In this document: in pieces, positions 13,914-25,049 of the stretch
How the letters are laid out: the number at the start of each line of letters is the position of its first letter
Position numbering within the stretch: the stretch's first letter is position 1
Assembly: GCF_009914755.1 (NCBI RefSeq)
Contig: NC_060937.1
Length of the DNA stretch: 64,000 nt
Direction: 5' to 3' (one strand)
Source of the DNA: the human T2T-CHM13v2.0 reference genome, Homo sapiens
Program-made: the position numbers and the translations under genes
Notes under the pieces: generated by a model
Database searches by the model: none
What the model saw: the letters and a program-made list of their open reading frames with translations, nothing else
What the model was told of the DNA's origin: nothing

Positions 13914-14219
13914 GGCCAGCTTGGTGGCTGTCTCCTGTAATGCCAGCACTTTGAGAGTCTGAGGCGGGTGGATCACTTGAGCCCAGGAATTTGACGCCAG
14001 CCTGGCCAACATGGCGAAACCTTGTCTCTACTAAAAATACAAAAATTAGCCAGCCATGGTGTGGGGAGCCTGTAATACCAACAACTCCAGAGGCTGAGGC
14101 AGGAGAATTGTTTGAACCAGCGAGGGGAGGTTGTAGGGAGCCGAGATCGTGCCAATGCACTCTAGTCTGGGTGACAGAGTGAGCCTCTGTCTCAAAAAAT
14201 AATAATAATAAAATAAAAT
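13914..14219 (+). mobile_element. Alu (AluSz/Sx-like, heavily diverged)
   Basis: Full dimer with A5TACA5 linker and (TAA)n tail. Confidence 0.95.
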
Positions 14220-14750
14220 ACTTAAAAAATTGTATGGTAACTTGACACAAAAAAATTACAGATTGAATATTTAAATAATCTTTAGATAACAAAACAACAG
14301 ATTTAGAAAAAATTTGTTCTACTTCCATCTCATATTTCTTTTCCATTGTCATAGTACTGTCTTAGACTTATGCTTATACATAAAATATAAAGTTATTATG
14401 TGTCCACATTAGGTAGGTCACTGGAAATCCAAAGATAATTTAGAATGCATGTGTAAGTAATCTCCTGTCTGCATGCTTCTCGCTTTTTTTTTTGCCTTGA
14501 ACTCTTACGCCCCGTTAATATATGACTCTTTGCTCTCTTTCCTCAAAGTGCTTGTGTTCAATATTAAATACTTTCAATAAAATGCTTTTCATTAAAATAA
14601 TAAATAAATTTTCATAAGATTTTAATTGACCAAATTGACTTTAAACCTTATTTTTAGTAGGGAAACTTCTTTTTCAAACAAAACCTCAAACTAATCTCTA
14701 ATAAGAAGCTGAAGTGCATTCATCTATCAAGTTACAGTACTGGTGATGAG

Positions 14751-14969
14751 CCCTTCCTTCCTACCTTCCTTCCTTCCTTCTTTCCTACCTTCCTTCCTTC
14801 CTTCCTTCCTCCTTCCTTCTTCCTTCCTTTCTCCTTCCTTCCTTCTTCCTTCCTTTCTCCTTCCTTCCTTCTTCCTTCCTTTCTCCTTCCTTCCTTCTTC
14901 CTTCCTTCCTTTCTCCTTCCTTCTTCCTTCCTTTCTCCTTCCTTCCTTCTTCCTTCCTTCCTTTTTCTT
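14751..14969. repeat. Complex (CTTC)n/(CTT)n polypyrimidine tract, probably an expanded Alu tail
   Basis: About 220 nt of C/T with only two A; abuts the tail end of an antisense Alu. Confidence 0.95.
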
Positions 14970-15225
14970 GCTCTGTTGCCCAGGCTGAAGCAAGCTATCC
15001 TCCTCCCTCAGCCTCTCAAGTAGCTAGTACCACAGGAATGCACCACCACACCTGGCTAATTTTTAATTTTTGTTGTTGTTGTTGTTGTTTGTTTGTTTTT
15101 GTTTTGTGGAGATGGATTCTAACTATGTTTCTCAGGCTGATGTCTCAAACTGCCTGACTCAAGCAATCCTCTCACCTTGGCCTCTAAATTGCTGGGATTA
15201 CAGGTAGAAGCCATGATTCCCAGCC
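14966..15225 (-). mobile_element. AluJ with an internal deletion and (GTT)n linker
   Basis: tcttgctctgttgcccaggctgaag|caagctatcctcct lacks about 45-50 nt of the right arm. Confidence 0.9.
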
Positions 15226-15651
15226 TCAACATTTCTGCTGATTTATTAGTTTTTCTTTATTTTCGTTGCCAAAGAAACACTCACAAAATCACACCACATC
15301 ATACATATTCTGTTTCCATACATACAACACCACCAGCATGGCTAACAACATCTAGGACTCTGAAAACTGTTTCTAAACAGTTTTTACTTTACTATATATG
15401 ATATACTCTTAACCTCCAGGGGTAAGTTGCGTGTGGTGGTGATGTAGGACCATGAAACATGAATGGGACCACAGACCAGGTTTGCCACAAACAACCGCAT
15501 TCTGCATTTGTACAGTCTGCTAAAATTACTGTATTTACAATATTTTGAGATAATTATTCGAGTTTATAAATATGTGAAAATTCTAGGCAGATATTAGGTG
15601 GTCATATACAAAGATGACTGGTGAAGATTAGCATAATATAAGATCTGTGGC

Positions 15652-17895
15652 TTTAAATAAACTTTTAATTTAAAATAGTCTTACGTTTGATGGAAAATTG
15701 CAAAAATAGAAAAGTATCTATACAATACATACCCAGTTATTTTTAATGACTATTATCATTATTGATATTTTACATCCATTATTAACATCTCACATTAGCA
15801 TGGTACGCTTGTTACAATTAATGAACCAGTATTGAAATATTAGCAGTAATTAGTGCCTCTACTGTATCAGATATCCTTAAGATTTACCTAATGTCGTTTT
15901 ACTGACCCATTCAGGACACTACATGACATTTAGTTGCTTTGATTCCTCAAGTTTATACTGGGTATAACAGTTTCTCAGAATTGCTTATTTTTGGTGATCT
16001 TGACAGTTTTATGAAATTCTGGAGAGATAATTTGTAGAATGCCCCTCAATTGGAACTTATCTATTATTTTCCTCATGATTAAATTGAGCTTATGTGTTTT
16101 GAGGAGGCAGACCACGAAAGTGACGTGTTCTTTTATCACTTGTATCAACAATATTAATACCTATTATCACCAAAACTTATCACTATTTATGTTAACCTTC
16201 ATCACCTTCAACCTGGTTGATGTAGTGTTTCTTTGTTAGGTGTCCCGCTGCTAATTACACTTGTGATTCTTCCCATTTCCATATATTCTTTGAATGCAAG
16301 TCACTATACACGCCCATAGTTAAGGAATCGGGAGTTATAATCCACCTCCTTGATAGCAGAGTATCTACCTAAAGTATTTGGAGTATTTCTGCACTGAAGA
16401 CTGTCTCTTCTTCATATATTTATTCAATAATTTACATCAGTGTGGATTCATGGATATTTATTTTATGCTTTTTACTTAATCCAGTATTACTTTGTTTTGC
16501 TTCTCAAAATTCATCCAGCTTCCACCATTGACAGCTTTCTTTTGGCTCCTGTGCCCCTTTGACATACCATATCATTGTGTGTATATGTTTGTTTTGTTTT
16601 GTTTTCTGAGTAGTTTCTGCTTTATGACATGAGAAGATGCTCCAGGATCATTTTGTATATTACTTGCAGTAGTCTGAGACTGTCATTTCTCTATAGAGTC
16701 CTATGTCTCCTCCTTGGATCATGGTATAATAAATCAAAATCCTGGCATCAGGTTTGTTGCTACCACTTTCCCGTTGTTGCTAGCCCCTCACCTAACAGAG
16801 CAAGGAATAGATTTTCACACACACACAGACATATTTATATCCACACACACATATATGAAAATGTGTGTATAGAATATATGTACATGAGTTTGTGTGTGTG
16901 AATATATATACGAACATGCACACACACATACATATTTAGGTATTTATGTATTAACCCATGTTTATACCCATATTTATAGGAACATGCAAATCTATTTCTA
17001 CATATAATTATGTATATTTATGTTAAATTACATAGTTCATATTAAAATCTCCATTTCTAATCAATTTCCAAATAATTCTAGTCTTCTTCTCAGTTTTGTC
17101 TATAATCTTTCACTTCAACAGTAAAAAACTTGTTTCCCACCATCCACCATCGGTTAACGTAAATGTTCAGTTTCAGTATAGATGCATAGCAGTATCAGAA
17201 TTGCTAAGCCTTTTCCTTGGGGGAGATAACTTTACCAAATAGAATGCTTATGTTCAATTCCTTTAGTATTTAATATTATATATGCCACTTGTTTCCAAAG
17301 TCACTTAGGTGAGTGTCTTTTTCCCCACTTCTTTTAGTGAGGCCATTTCATATACTTACAGTTTTTTTTTTTAATTCTAAATGCCATCCTGGAATCCCTT
17401 CTATCTAAACTTCTTTGAAAATTTGTATGAATTAAGACGTTCTTTGAGCTGTAAAATTTTATGCGTTTTGTCTAATGTATCATATCATGTATCCACTATT
17501 ATAGTGTCATACAGAATAGCTGCATTACCCTTAAAAAATACTCTATACTTTCCGTGTTCAACTTTACTACCCCCTAATAATCTCTGATATTTTAATGTTC
17601 TTTTTAAAAATCATATACTAGGAATGATTATGTAATTTTTTTCAGTCTGGATTATTTCACTCACTAATATTTACTTAAGATTCACCCATACCGTTGTGTT
17701 GTTAGATAGCTCATTTCTTTTTATAGTTGAGCAGCATTACATTGTTATGTATCTGTTTTGTTTTGTTTATTCATTTAGTTCCCTGATGCACCCCCCAAAA
17801 GTACTCTATTTTCAGTTTGTTTAGCTTTTTCTTATTGTAAGAATGGAAATGGCAGCTTCCAAGCTCTTTCCATGTTGGAGGTAAAAACAGAAGTC
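15652..17895 (-). mobile_element. L1MD/L1MC-type element: long 3' UTR and ORF2 end, joined to a short L1 5' terminus
   Basis: 3' end ttgttacaattaatgaaccagtattga; 3' UTR tttgtagaatgcccctcaattgg; ORF2 end ttaagattcacccat; 5' end on minus strand gacttctg...ccaacatggaaagagcttggaag. Confidence 0.8.
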
Positions 17896-17906
17896 ATACA
17901 TACCTG

Positions 17907-17909
<3 letters not shown>

Positions 17910-17938
<29 letters not shown>
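17910..17938. repeat. (TG)n microsatellite
   Basis: Read directly. Confidence 0.97.
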
Positions 17939-18625
17939 CTGTTTCAATAGAAAATCTAGATAATGCAGAAAAAACTAAGATATAAAAAGCACAGAATCGA
18001 ATTCTGTTCTGATATTATCACATTATTCCAAAGTGATCATAATAAAAGGAATACACAGACATATATATGACTTCAAAAATAAACTCCTACTATTGTAACA
18101 GGAGGAGAAATGTAGATTATAAGGAAGTTTCATCTCAGACAGTGCACAGAAACGGTATAAAGAAGCAAGTTTATTTTAGTACTTTAAAGAATAGTTATGT
18201 TAAAGCCACAAATACAGGTTTCTTTCCAGCTAGCTATCCACAAACATGTATTTCTTTTTGCAACCCAGGTAATCAATGTTTTGAAATAGTACCTTTCTGT
18301 GGATTTTCTTTTTATTTCAGTAACTCTAATAACATGTTTTGTAAAATAAGCTAGGTGACTCTTGTCAGTATAAGTAATATAATAACACAGATAAGAAGAT
18401 TAATTGCCGGTAAATGCATAAGTTAAATAAATCAATAATTATCTGTAGATTTAATATATCCACTGAAAAACCTGTCAAATATTATAAATCTTTAAAATAT
18501 ATTCTGCTTTTTGAGTCCTGAATTCCAACAATGGGACTGATTATCTTTTTTCTAGAAATTCTCTATAGGTACATATTATTTAGAGCACACTCAAGCTCTC
18601 TGTTCAAAATTTGAGAGCTCTTTGA

Positions 18626-18937
<312 letters not shown>

Positions 18938-19229
18938 AAGTCTATTCTTCATATACCTTCACGATATAACTTTTTTTGTACTATTGCTTGTCCCTTTCTG
19001 TTATTCTCTATTCTGTTCTTCATGGACATGGAAGAGAAGAAAATACGTACAGATGTATTAATATACGCATATGTATAGTCTATGTATATTTTACCTATTG
19101 CAAATATCTATCAAAATTCCCCAAAATTGGTTAGCACTGTCTTTAATGTTAAGCCAATAACTTCTGCCACATTTATCCAGTTATAAAAAGTTATATATAA
19201 ACAAAATTTTAAATATTCTGTATGAACTG

Positions 19230-19574
19230 CAGCCATGAGCTGCATAACAATATTCTGGTCAATGACGGTCTGCATATTTGATCGTTCAATAAGATTATAA
19301 GACTATATTTTGACTGTACGTTTTCTATATTTGTACATGTTTAGATGCACAACTACTTACCATTGTGTTAGAATTGCCTATAGTATTCAATAGAAGAATA
19401 TGCTATATAGCTTCATAGTCTAGCAGCAATAGGCTCTTCCATACAGTCTAGGTGTGTAGTAGGTTCTACCACCTTGGCTTGTGTAAGTACACTCTATGAT
19501 GATCACACAATGAAAAAACTGCCTAATGATGCATTTCTTAGAATGCATCCCCATCCTTAAGCAATACATGACTG
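19230..19574 (+). mobile_element. Tigger3a/MER7A-like non-autonomous DNA transposon
   Basis: cagccatgagctgcataac...gtgtaagtacactctatgatg...ttaagcaatacatgactg|TA; terminal inverted repeats. Confidence 0.88.
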
Positions 19575-20027
19575 TATTCAAATAGTAAATGAAATAGGAT
19601 TAAATCATTAACAAGCCAAGTATCCTTTTGTTAAGATGAAACCACGGGTGGCTTTTCTATTTCAGTGCAAAACTAGCTTGTTAACAAAGTAAGATTAAAC
19701 CAAGTGCCAATTTCACAATGCTTACCCAGCTTAATGTTCCAAAATCTGTAGAAAATTTATGGTGAATTTCATACGCCAATTTATTTTCTTCCATATAATT
19801 TAGCAAGGCCAAGTAGTTTTAATTTGCCTTTATCAAAACCTCTATTCACTTAAAATAATAGAAATATTACTCAGAATCGATAGGGAATTTTAATGTAATC
19901 CATAAAAATTGCTTGTTCTTTATCTACTTTACTAAAACAGGCAGTTCAAGGTGTACAATTGTTACTGAAAATGCAAGCATGCTTCTCTGGGTCTCTGTTC
20001 TATGTAACTGTGCGTTTCTCTTTTCAC

Positions 20028-20065
20028 TCTCACACACACACACACACACACACACACTCTCTCAC
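20028..20065. repeat. (CA)n/(CT)n microsatellite
   Basis: Read directly. Confidence 0.95.
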
Positions 20066-21049
20066 ATATAAAAACCTGCATGTATACACATATATTTTTC
20101 TGCTCAATTAATATAGATGGGAGTCTAGAATAAATGACAAAGTTTGAGTTGAATATAAATAAAGCAAATAGATATATTTACTTTACAGTCCAGAAACAGC
20201 CATGATGTAGATATAGTCAATTGTTGGAGCAGTAATTGCTGTTTGTTGTTAGACATTTATCAGAGTCTTAATATGTTAGAATAGAAAGGCATCTAATCAT
20301 GCTGAAAAAAGTACACACACAAACACACCACAGTGTACCATATATATAATAACAATGATGCACAATAATTCAAATATTCCTTTCTTTATTAGCATTCACT
20401 GTGGACTGAACACAAGTACAGAATGCTTTTGAATTTGGTGCTCTTTCAACTTTTAATATCTTGCATCTGTGACCCCCTTCTATACAGAAGTCAATGTCAT
20501 ATTATATTGAGACTTCTCGGACCAGTGCAGGGGGAAATAATTGTTTTTTCTCTGTATCTCCACACCACCATAGTCTGTATGGATTATAACATGAATCATT
20601 ACCATGCCAAAATATAATTTTCCGTTTACTTCCCTCTTTCATCATAATGTTAGGTCCTTCGTGGAAGGATCTAAAGTTTATTATCCCTCTGATTACATTA
20701 TATTTTTCCCAGAGCCTAATAAAATTCATTAATATTTTTGTTTCTGTTTCTATAAATGACACAAAATTCAATTTTTTTATTTCTTTAAATATTCTTTCTA
20801 ACTATACATGATGTTTTAACCATTTTTAGGATGTATTCAGCATTTCAGGTAATTATTTTCCCCTCGTTTTTTGGCTTCCTATTGCAACAGATCTCACCCT
20901 GGGAAATACAGCATAGGTATCTGAGTGTTACAATTACCTGAAGTAGTGTCATGGTAAGGAATAATTTGATTATGAATGGTAGACATAGGCTGCAATTGTC
21001 ATGTACATATTGTCATTCTTTATATATTAGATGAAGTTTCTACATTGAA

Positions 21050-21875
21050 TTTTTTTATAAAAATATTTTATTTATTTTTGAAACATTTAATTGAAAAATA
21101 TAGATTATACATATTCAAAGTGTACAATGTGATGACTTGACACATATACACTATGCAATGATTACCACAACCAAATTAGTTGACACATCCATCACCACCC
21201 ACGCTGTACCTTAGATACTCAGAACTTGTTCATCTTATAACTGAAAGGTTATACCGTTTGACTAATATCTTTCTATTTCCCCCATTTCCCAGTGAGGGGA
21301 CATATCTTGACAATGTCACTATGTTTCCACATCTTGGCAACATCACTATTACTTCAATGAAAATGAGAGGTGCAGGGGGTGCAGATATTTCTCTGATACA
21401 TTTATTTCGCTTCCCTTGACTGGGTATCCAAAAGTGAGACTGCTAGAACATACGGCACTTCTATTTTTAATGTAAGAAAAATCTTCCTTACTGTTTTCAT
21501 AATGGCTATGCCAATATACATTCTCACCAAGGGTGTACAGGGTTCCCTATTCTCTATTCAAGCCTTTGCTCATTTTTTAATTGGAGTGTGTGTGTGTGTG
21601 TGTGTGTGTGTCTGTGTGTTTGCTATTGAGTTGTGGGAGTTCCTTACATATTTTGAATATTAACACATTATCAGATATACAATTTGCAAGTTTTTTACCC
21701 GTTCCATAAGCTGCCTTTTTATTTTGTGTATTTTTTCCCTTTGCTTGCAAAAGCTTTTTAGTTTGATGTGGTCTCAGTTCATTTTTCCTTTTGTTCCATG
21801 TGCTTTTGATGTCACATCCAAAAAAAAAAAAACAGTGCCAAATCCAATGTAAGGGAGGTTTTTTCCTATGTTTTC
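21050..21875 (-). mobile_element. L1MA9-like 3' portion with internal deletions and (TG)n
   Basis: aatgattaccacaaccaaattag...cagaacttgttcatcttataactgaaag; ORF2 end down to ttttcctatgttttc. Confidence 0.85.
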
Positions 21876-22197
21876 AAAGTTCCAAGGTACAAAATCAACA
21901 TACAAATCAGTTGCATTTCTTTATAGTAGCTAGACATTATTAGAAATAAAATTAAGAAAATTATTCCATATACAATAGCGTCAGAGAGAAAAAATATTTA
22001 TGAATAAATTTAACCAAGGAGGTAAAAGATCTATACCAAAAAAAAAAAAAAAAACCAAACTATAAGACATGAATGAATGAATTTGAAGAAGACACAAATG
22101 AATGGAAAGATTTCTCTTGTGCATGGATTGGAAGAATTGATATTGTTAAAATGACCATATTACCCAAAGCAATCTACAGATTCAGTACAACTCCTAT
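21876..22197 (+). mobile_element. L1 ORF2 fragment in opposite orientation (probable inverted 5' segment of the adjacent L1MA)
   Basis: ggtacaaaatcaacatac...catggattggaagaattgatattgttaaaatgaccatattacccaaagcaatctacagattc (GYKIN...[18 protein letters not shown] region). Confidence 0.9.
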
Positions 22198-22790
22198 TGA
22201 TACAGAAGTGGGGCAGGGAAGTGCTGGGTAGAGAAAGGCGGCTCCCTGGCTAGGGGTCTACCCCCGGGCCTCTGTCCACGGACCTAGGTGAGGACAAGCA
22301 CTCCTGCCTTCATGACCAAATATTGCATTTTCCAAGACCACCCTGGCCCACCAGGCCCCCATCCTGTGCCTACAGAAACCCCAAGACCCTAGCAGGCAAA
22401 GACACAGCTGCTTGACATCGAGAGGAACACATCAACGAAGAAGACACAAGCGGCTAGATGTTGAGGGGAGCACACCTGTGGAAGAGCACACCAACACACC
22501 GGCAGGCCATCCACCCATGGAATGACGCAGAGTTTGGCTGGGGTGGTCAGAGGAGAGCGCGGGCCGCTGAGCAGCTCGACTCTAGGGGAAAACCATCTCC
22601 GTTCTGGCTCCCCCATCTGCTGAGAGCTAATTCCACTCAATAAAACCTTGTACTCATTCCCCAAGCCCACGTGTGATCCAATTCTTCCGGTACACCAAGA
22701 CAAGAACCTGGGATACAGAAAGCCCTCTCTTCTTGAGATAAGGCAGGGGTCTAATTGAGCTGACTAACACAAGCCGCCTACAGATGGCTA
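22198..22790 (+). mobile_element. ERV1 LTR of the LTR1/LTR27 group, 3'-truncated
   Basis: tgatacagaagtggggcagggaagtgctgggtag...ccatcctgtgccta...cactcaataaaaccttg...gggtctaattgagctgactaacacaagcc; no terminal CA and no TSD. Confidence 0.85.
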
Positions 22791-23575
22791 CACCGTATTT
22801 AAATATAATTTACAGTGTTCACAGTGGTAATATTTGTAGCAAATGAATTGATCAATAGATTACAAAGTTAGTTTCCCTGGCTTCCTATGTGTAGGTAATG
22901 AAGAAGGAGAGTGGAGAAGCTTTATTTAAAGCTGTAACACAATGTTGAAGTAGGTCAGATGCTTATATAGCCATGAATATTTTGTTCCAGTTTCACTAAT
23001 ATATTGAAGCCTCATATAAAACTAGTCTTCAGATGACTGTCAAAAAGTTACTAAGCATTACTAATTCCTACCATACAAAAAATAACTGCTAGGAAGGAAA
23101 ACTCTAAACTTATGCCCAAAAGGATTTATTTTATTTTCACTGTATTTCTGTATTGGCTATCATTAGAAAGCTAGTACGTGCACTAAACTTTGTTGTTTAT
23201 ATTTTAGAAACAACAAGCTATGTTTCTCAGGCCAAAATACTTGGGGAAATATATAATGGCTACCTTAAAACCCAAATAAGTCTACCCAGTGGTCATATTT
23301 AAGAACAAAATAATAAAAATATCCAGAAGGTTTAACATCCCAAACATAGGCGATTTCTCAAATGAACAGATTAGACAGTTGATTTTCTAGAAGATTACCT
23401 ATCTGTACTGGAAGAAGAGTGGAGAACCTTGCTAAAATAACTACTGGACCTGACTTCAGACTCTCTTGTTTGTGGATAAACCTAGCTCCTTAACACATTT
23501 AAAAATATTCTATATGATATGTGTTCCTAAATTGTTTAGGAAGATTTGTAAATAGTTAGCATTTGGTTGTACTCT

Positions 23576-23627
23576 AATAAAACTTGTTTATATTTTGGTT
23601 AAATAAACTTGTTTATATTTTGGTTAA
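23576..23627. repeat. About 25-bp tandem duplication
   Basis: aataaa(a)cttgtttatattttggtta x2. Confidence 0.93.
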
Positions 23628-25049
23628 TATGTCACGATATTTATTCATAGTTTCAAGACTATAGCTAAATTATTCCCTGATTATTCAATTATTTTTTATA
23701 TTCAACTGAATGAATTCAGTTAGAAATGGTTTAATGTGCATAATGAAGCGTTATAACTAACATCAAGACCATTCTAATCTAAATAGCCTCTTTTCATGTT
23801 CTTCTCAACAATAAAAATGTTCTAGTCAGATAATGCAGTTTGAATTGAGCTGGCTGATAATAATTAATTAAATCAATATAAATATTTAGAATTCATTGAC
23901 TCTGAATCAGAGAGAATAAAATTTGAAAAGTGATTTTGAATGTTTTGCTTATTGCAAACATATGCATTTAAAATATTTTTTATTCAAATACCAATATTTT
24001 AATCTTTAGTTACACAAACACGTGTAGTCAAGCTTCCCTTCCACTTCATTTTAGTTATGGAAAATATTCCAAAGTAGGCAAAGTTTCTCTTTAGGAAATT
24101 GCTATCTGAGCTAAAACTTCAAATATTACATTCACACTTAATGCTCCTATGTTATCACCGCCAGTCCCTCTCCCACCTCTCCTGCTACCTGCATGGGCTG
24201 GGTACTTCATGTTCATCTCATTCACATATTCACCATTTTAACAAAGACTTGAGTGGCTACACATGTATTTGGTGTGGGGAAGGAAAAGTTATATACTTTG
24301 TTGCATCTTCCCAAAAATCTAGCCTAGTTTAGTGATGTTTTGATATCTGTAGATTTCTTTAATAAGAAAAACATAGTTAGTGTTTTAAAAATGAAGTACC
24401 ATGGACTTTCAGCAGAGTGATGGGTCTCTTCTTATTGATATATAAAACATACTTCTCACCATAATTGTATTAAAGTAGAAGAATATTTACTTCTACTAGA
24501 AGTAAGGTTAGAAGGCAGAGTACCAATAGTACCTACCAGTATTATTATAGAAGAAGATCATGCAGTTTTTTTAGATCATAAAAATGCTTAATTTCTGAGG
24601 TGTAATCAGTTCACATATGATACATCATATAAATCAGTTTATATATGAAAAATTAGAGATTGAAAAACAAATTCATCAACATTTATGTTATTCGTTAAAT
24701 TAATTTTAAAATGAATTAAAACAAAAAATTAAACAATATGTCCAAAGATTTTAGATTGATACAGACAAAAGTTTTATGGACTTTGATGTAGATAAGAATT
24801 AATAAAATAGGTATTGAATATATACTTGGCTAGGTGTAATGTAAGAAAAGATAAAAAATAGATTAGTCTTAATTCAATAGCTCTAAAAATATATTATTAA
24901 AATGTATCTATTTGAGACGTCTTCACCATAAACTGAGAGATTACTTATAAAAGTTATAATGAATAAAGCTGGACAACATAAATTAGTTTTTTTATATTTT
25001 CATACTTAATAATTATTGGTTATTAAGTGCTGTACATGGGCTACTAAGT

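Noticed and set aside
13774-14352. Longest ORF in the track (192 aa, minus strand)
   Set aside because: Its core is antisense Alu translation (HDLGSLQPP...SPASAS...LIFVFLVET); flanks are AT-rich chance sequence
14727-14993. KEGR-rich and LPSF-rich ORFs
   Set aside because: Translation of the (CTTC)n simple repeat
20423-20771. Overlapping ORFs in unique sequence
   Set aside because: No recognisable protein similarity or consistent splice sites; length is compatible with chance
24487-24505. Short inverted repeats (ttacttcta-c-tagaagtaa; also 47220-47243 and 12631-12648)
   Set aside because: Stems of 7-9 bp are expected by chance in 64 kb of AT-rich DNA
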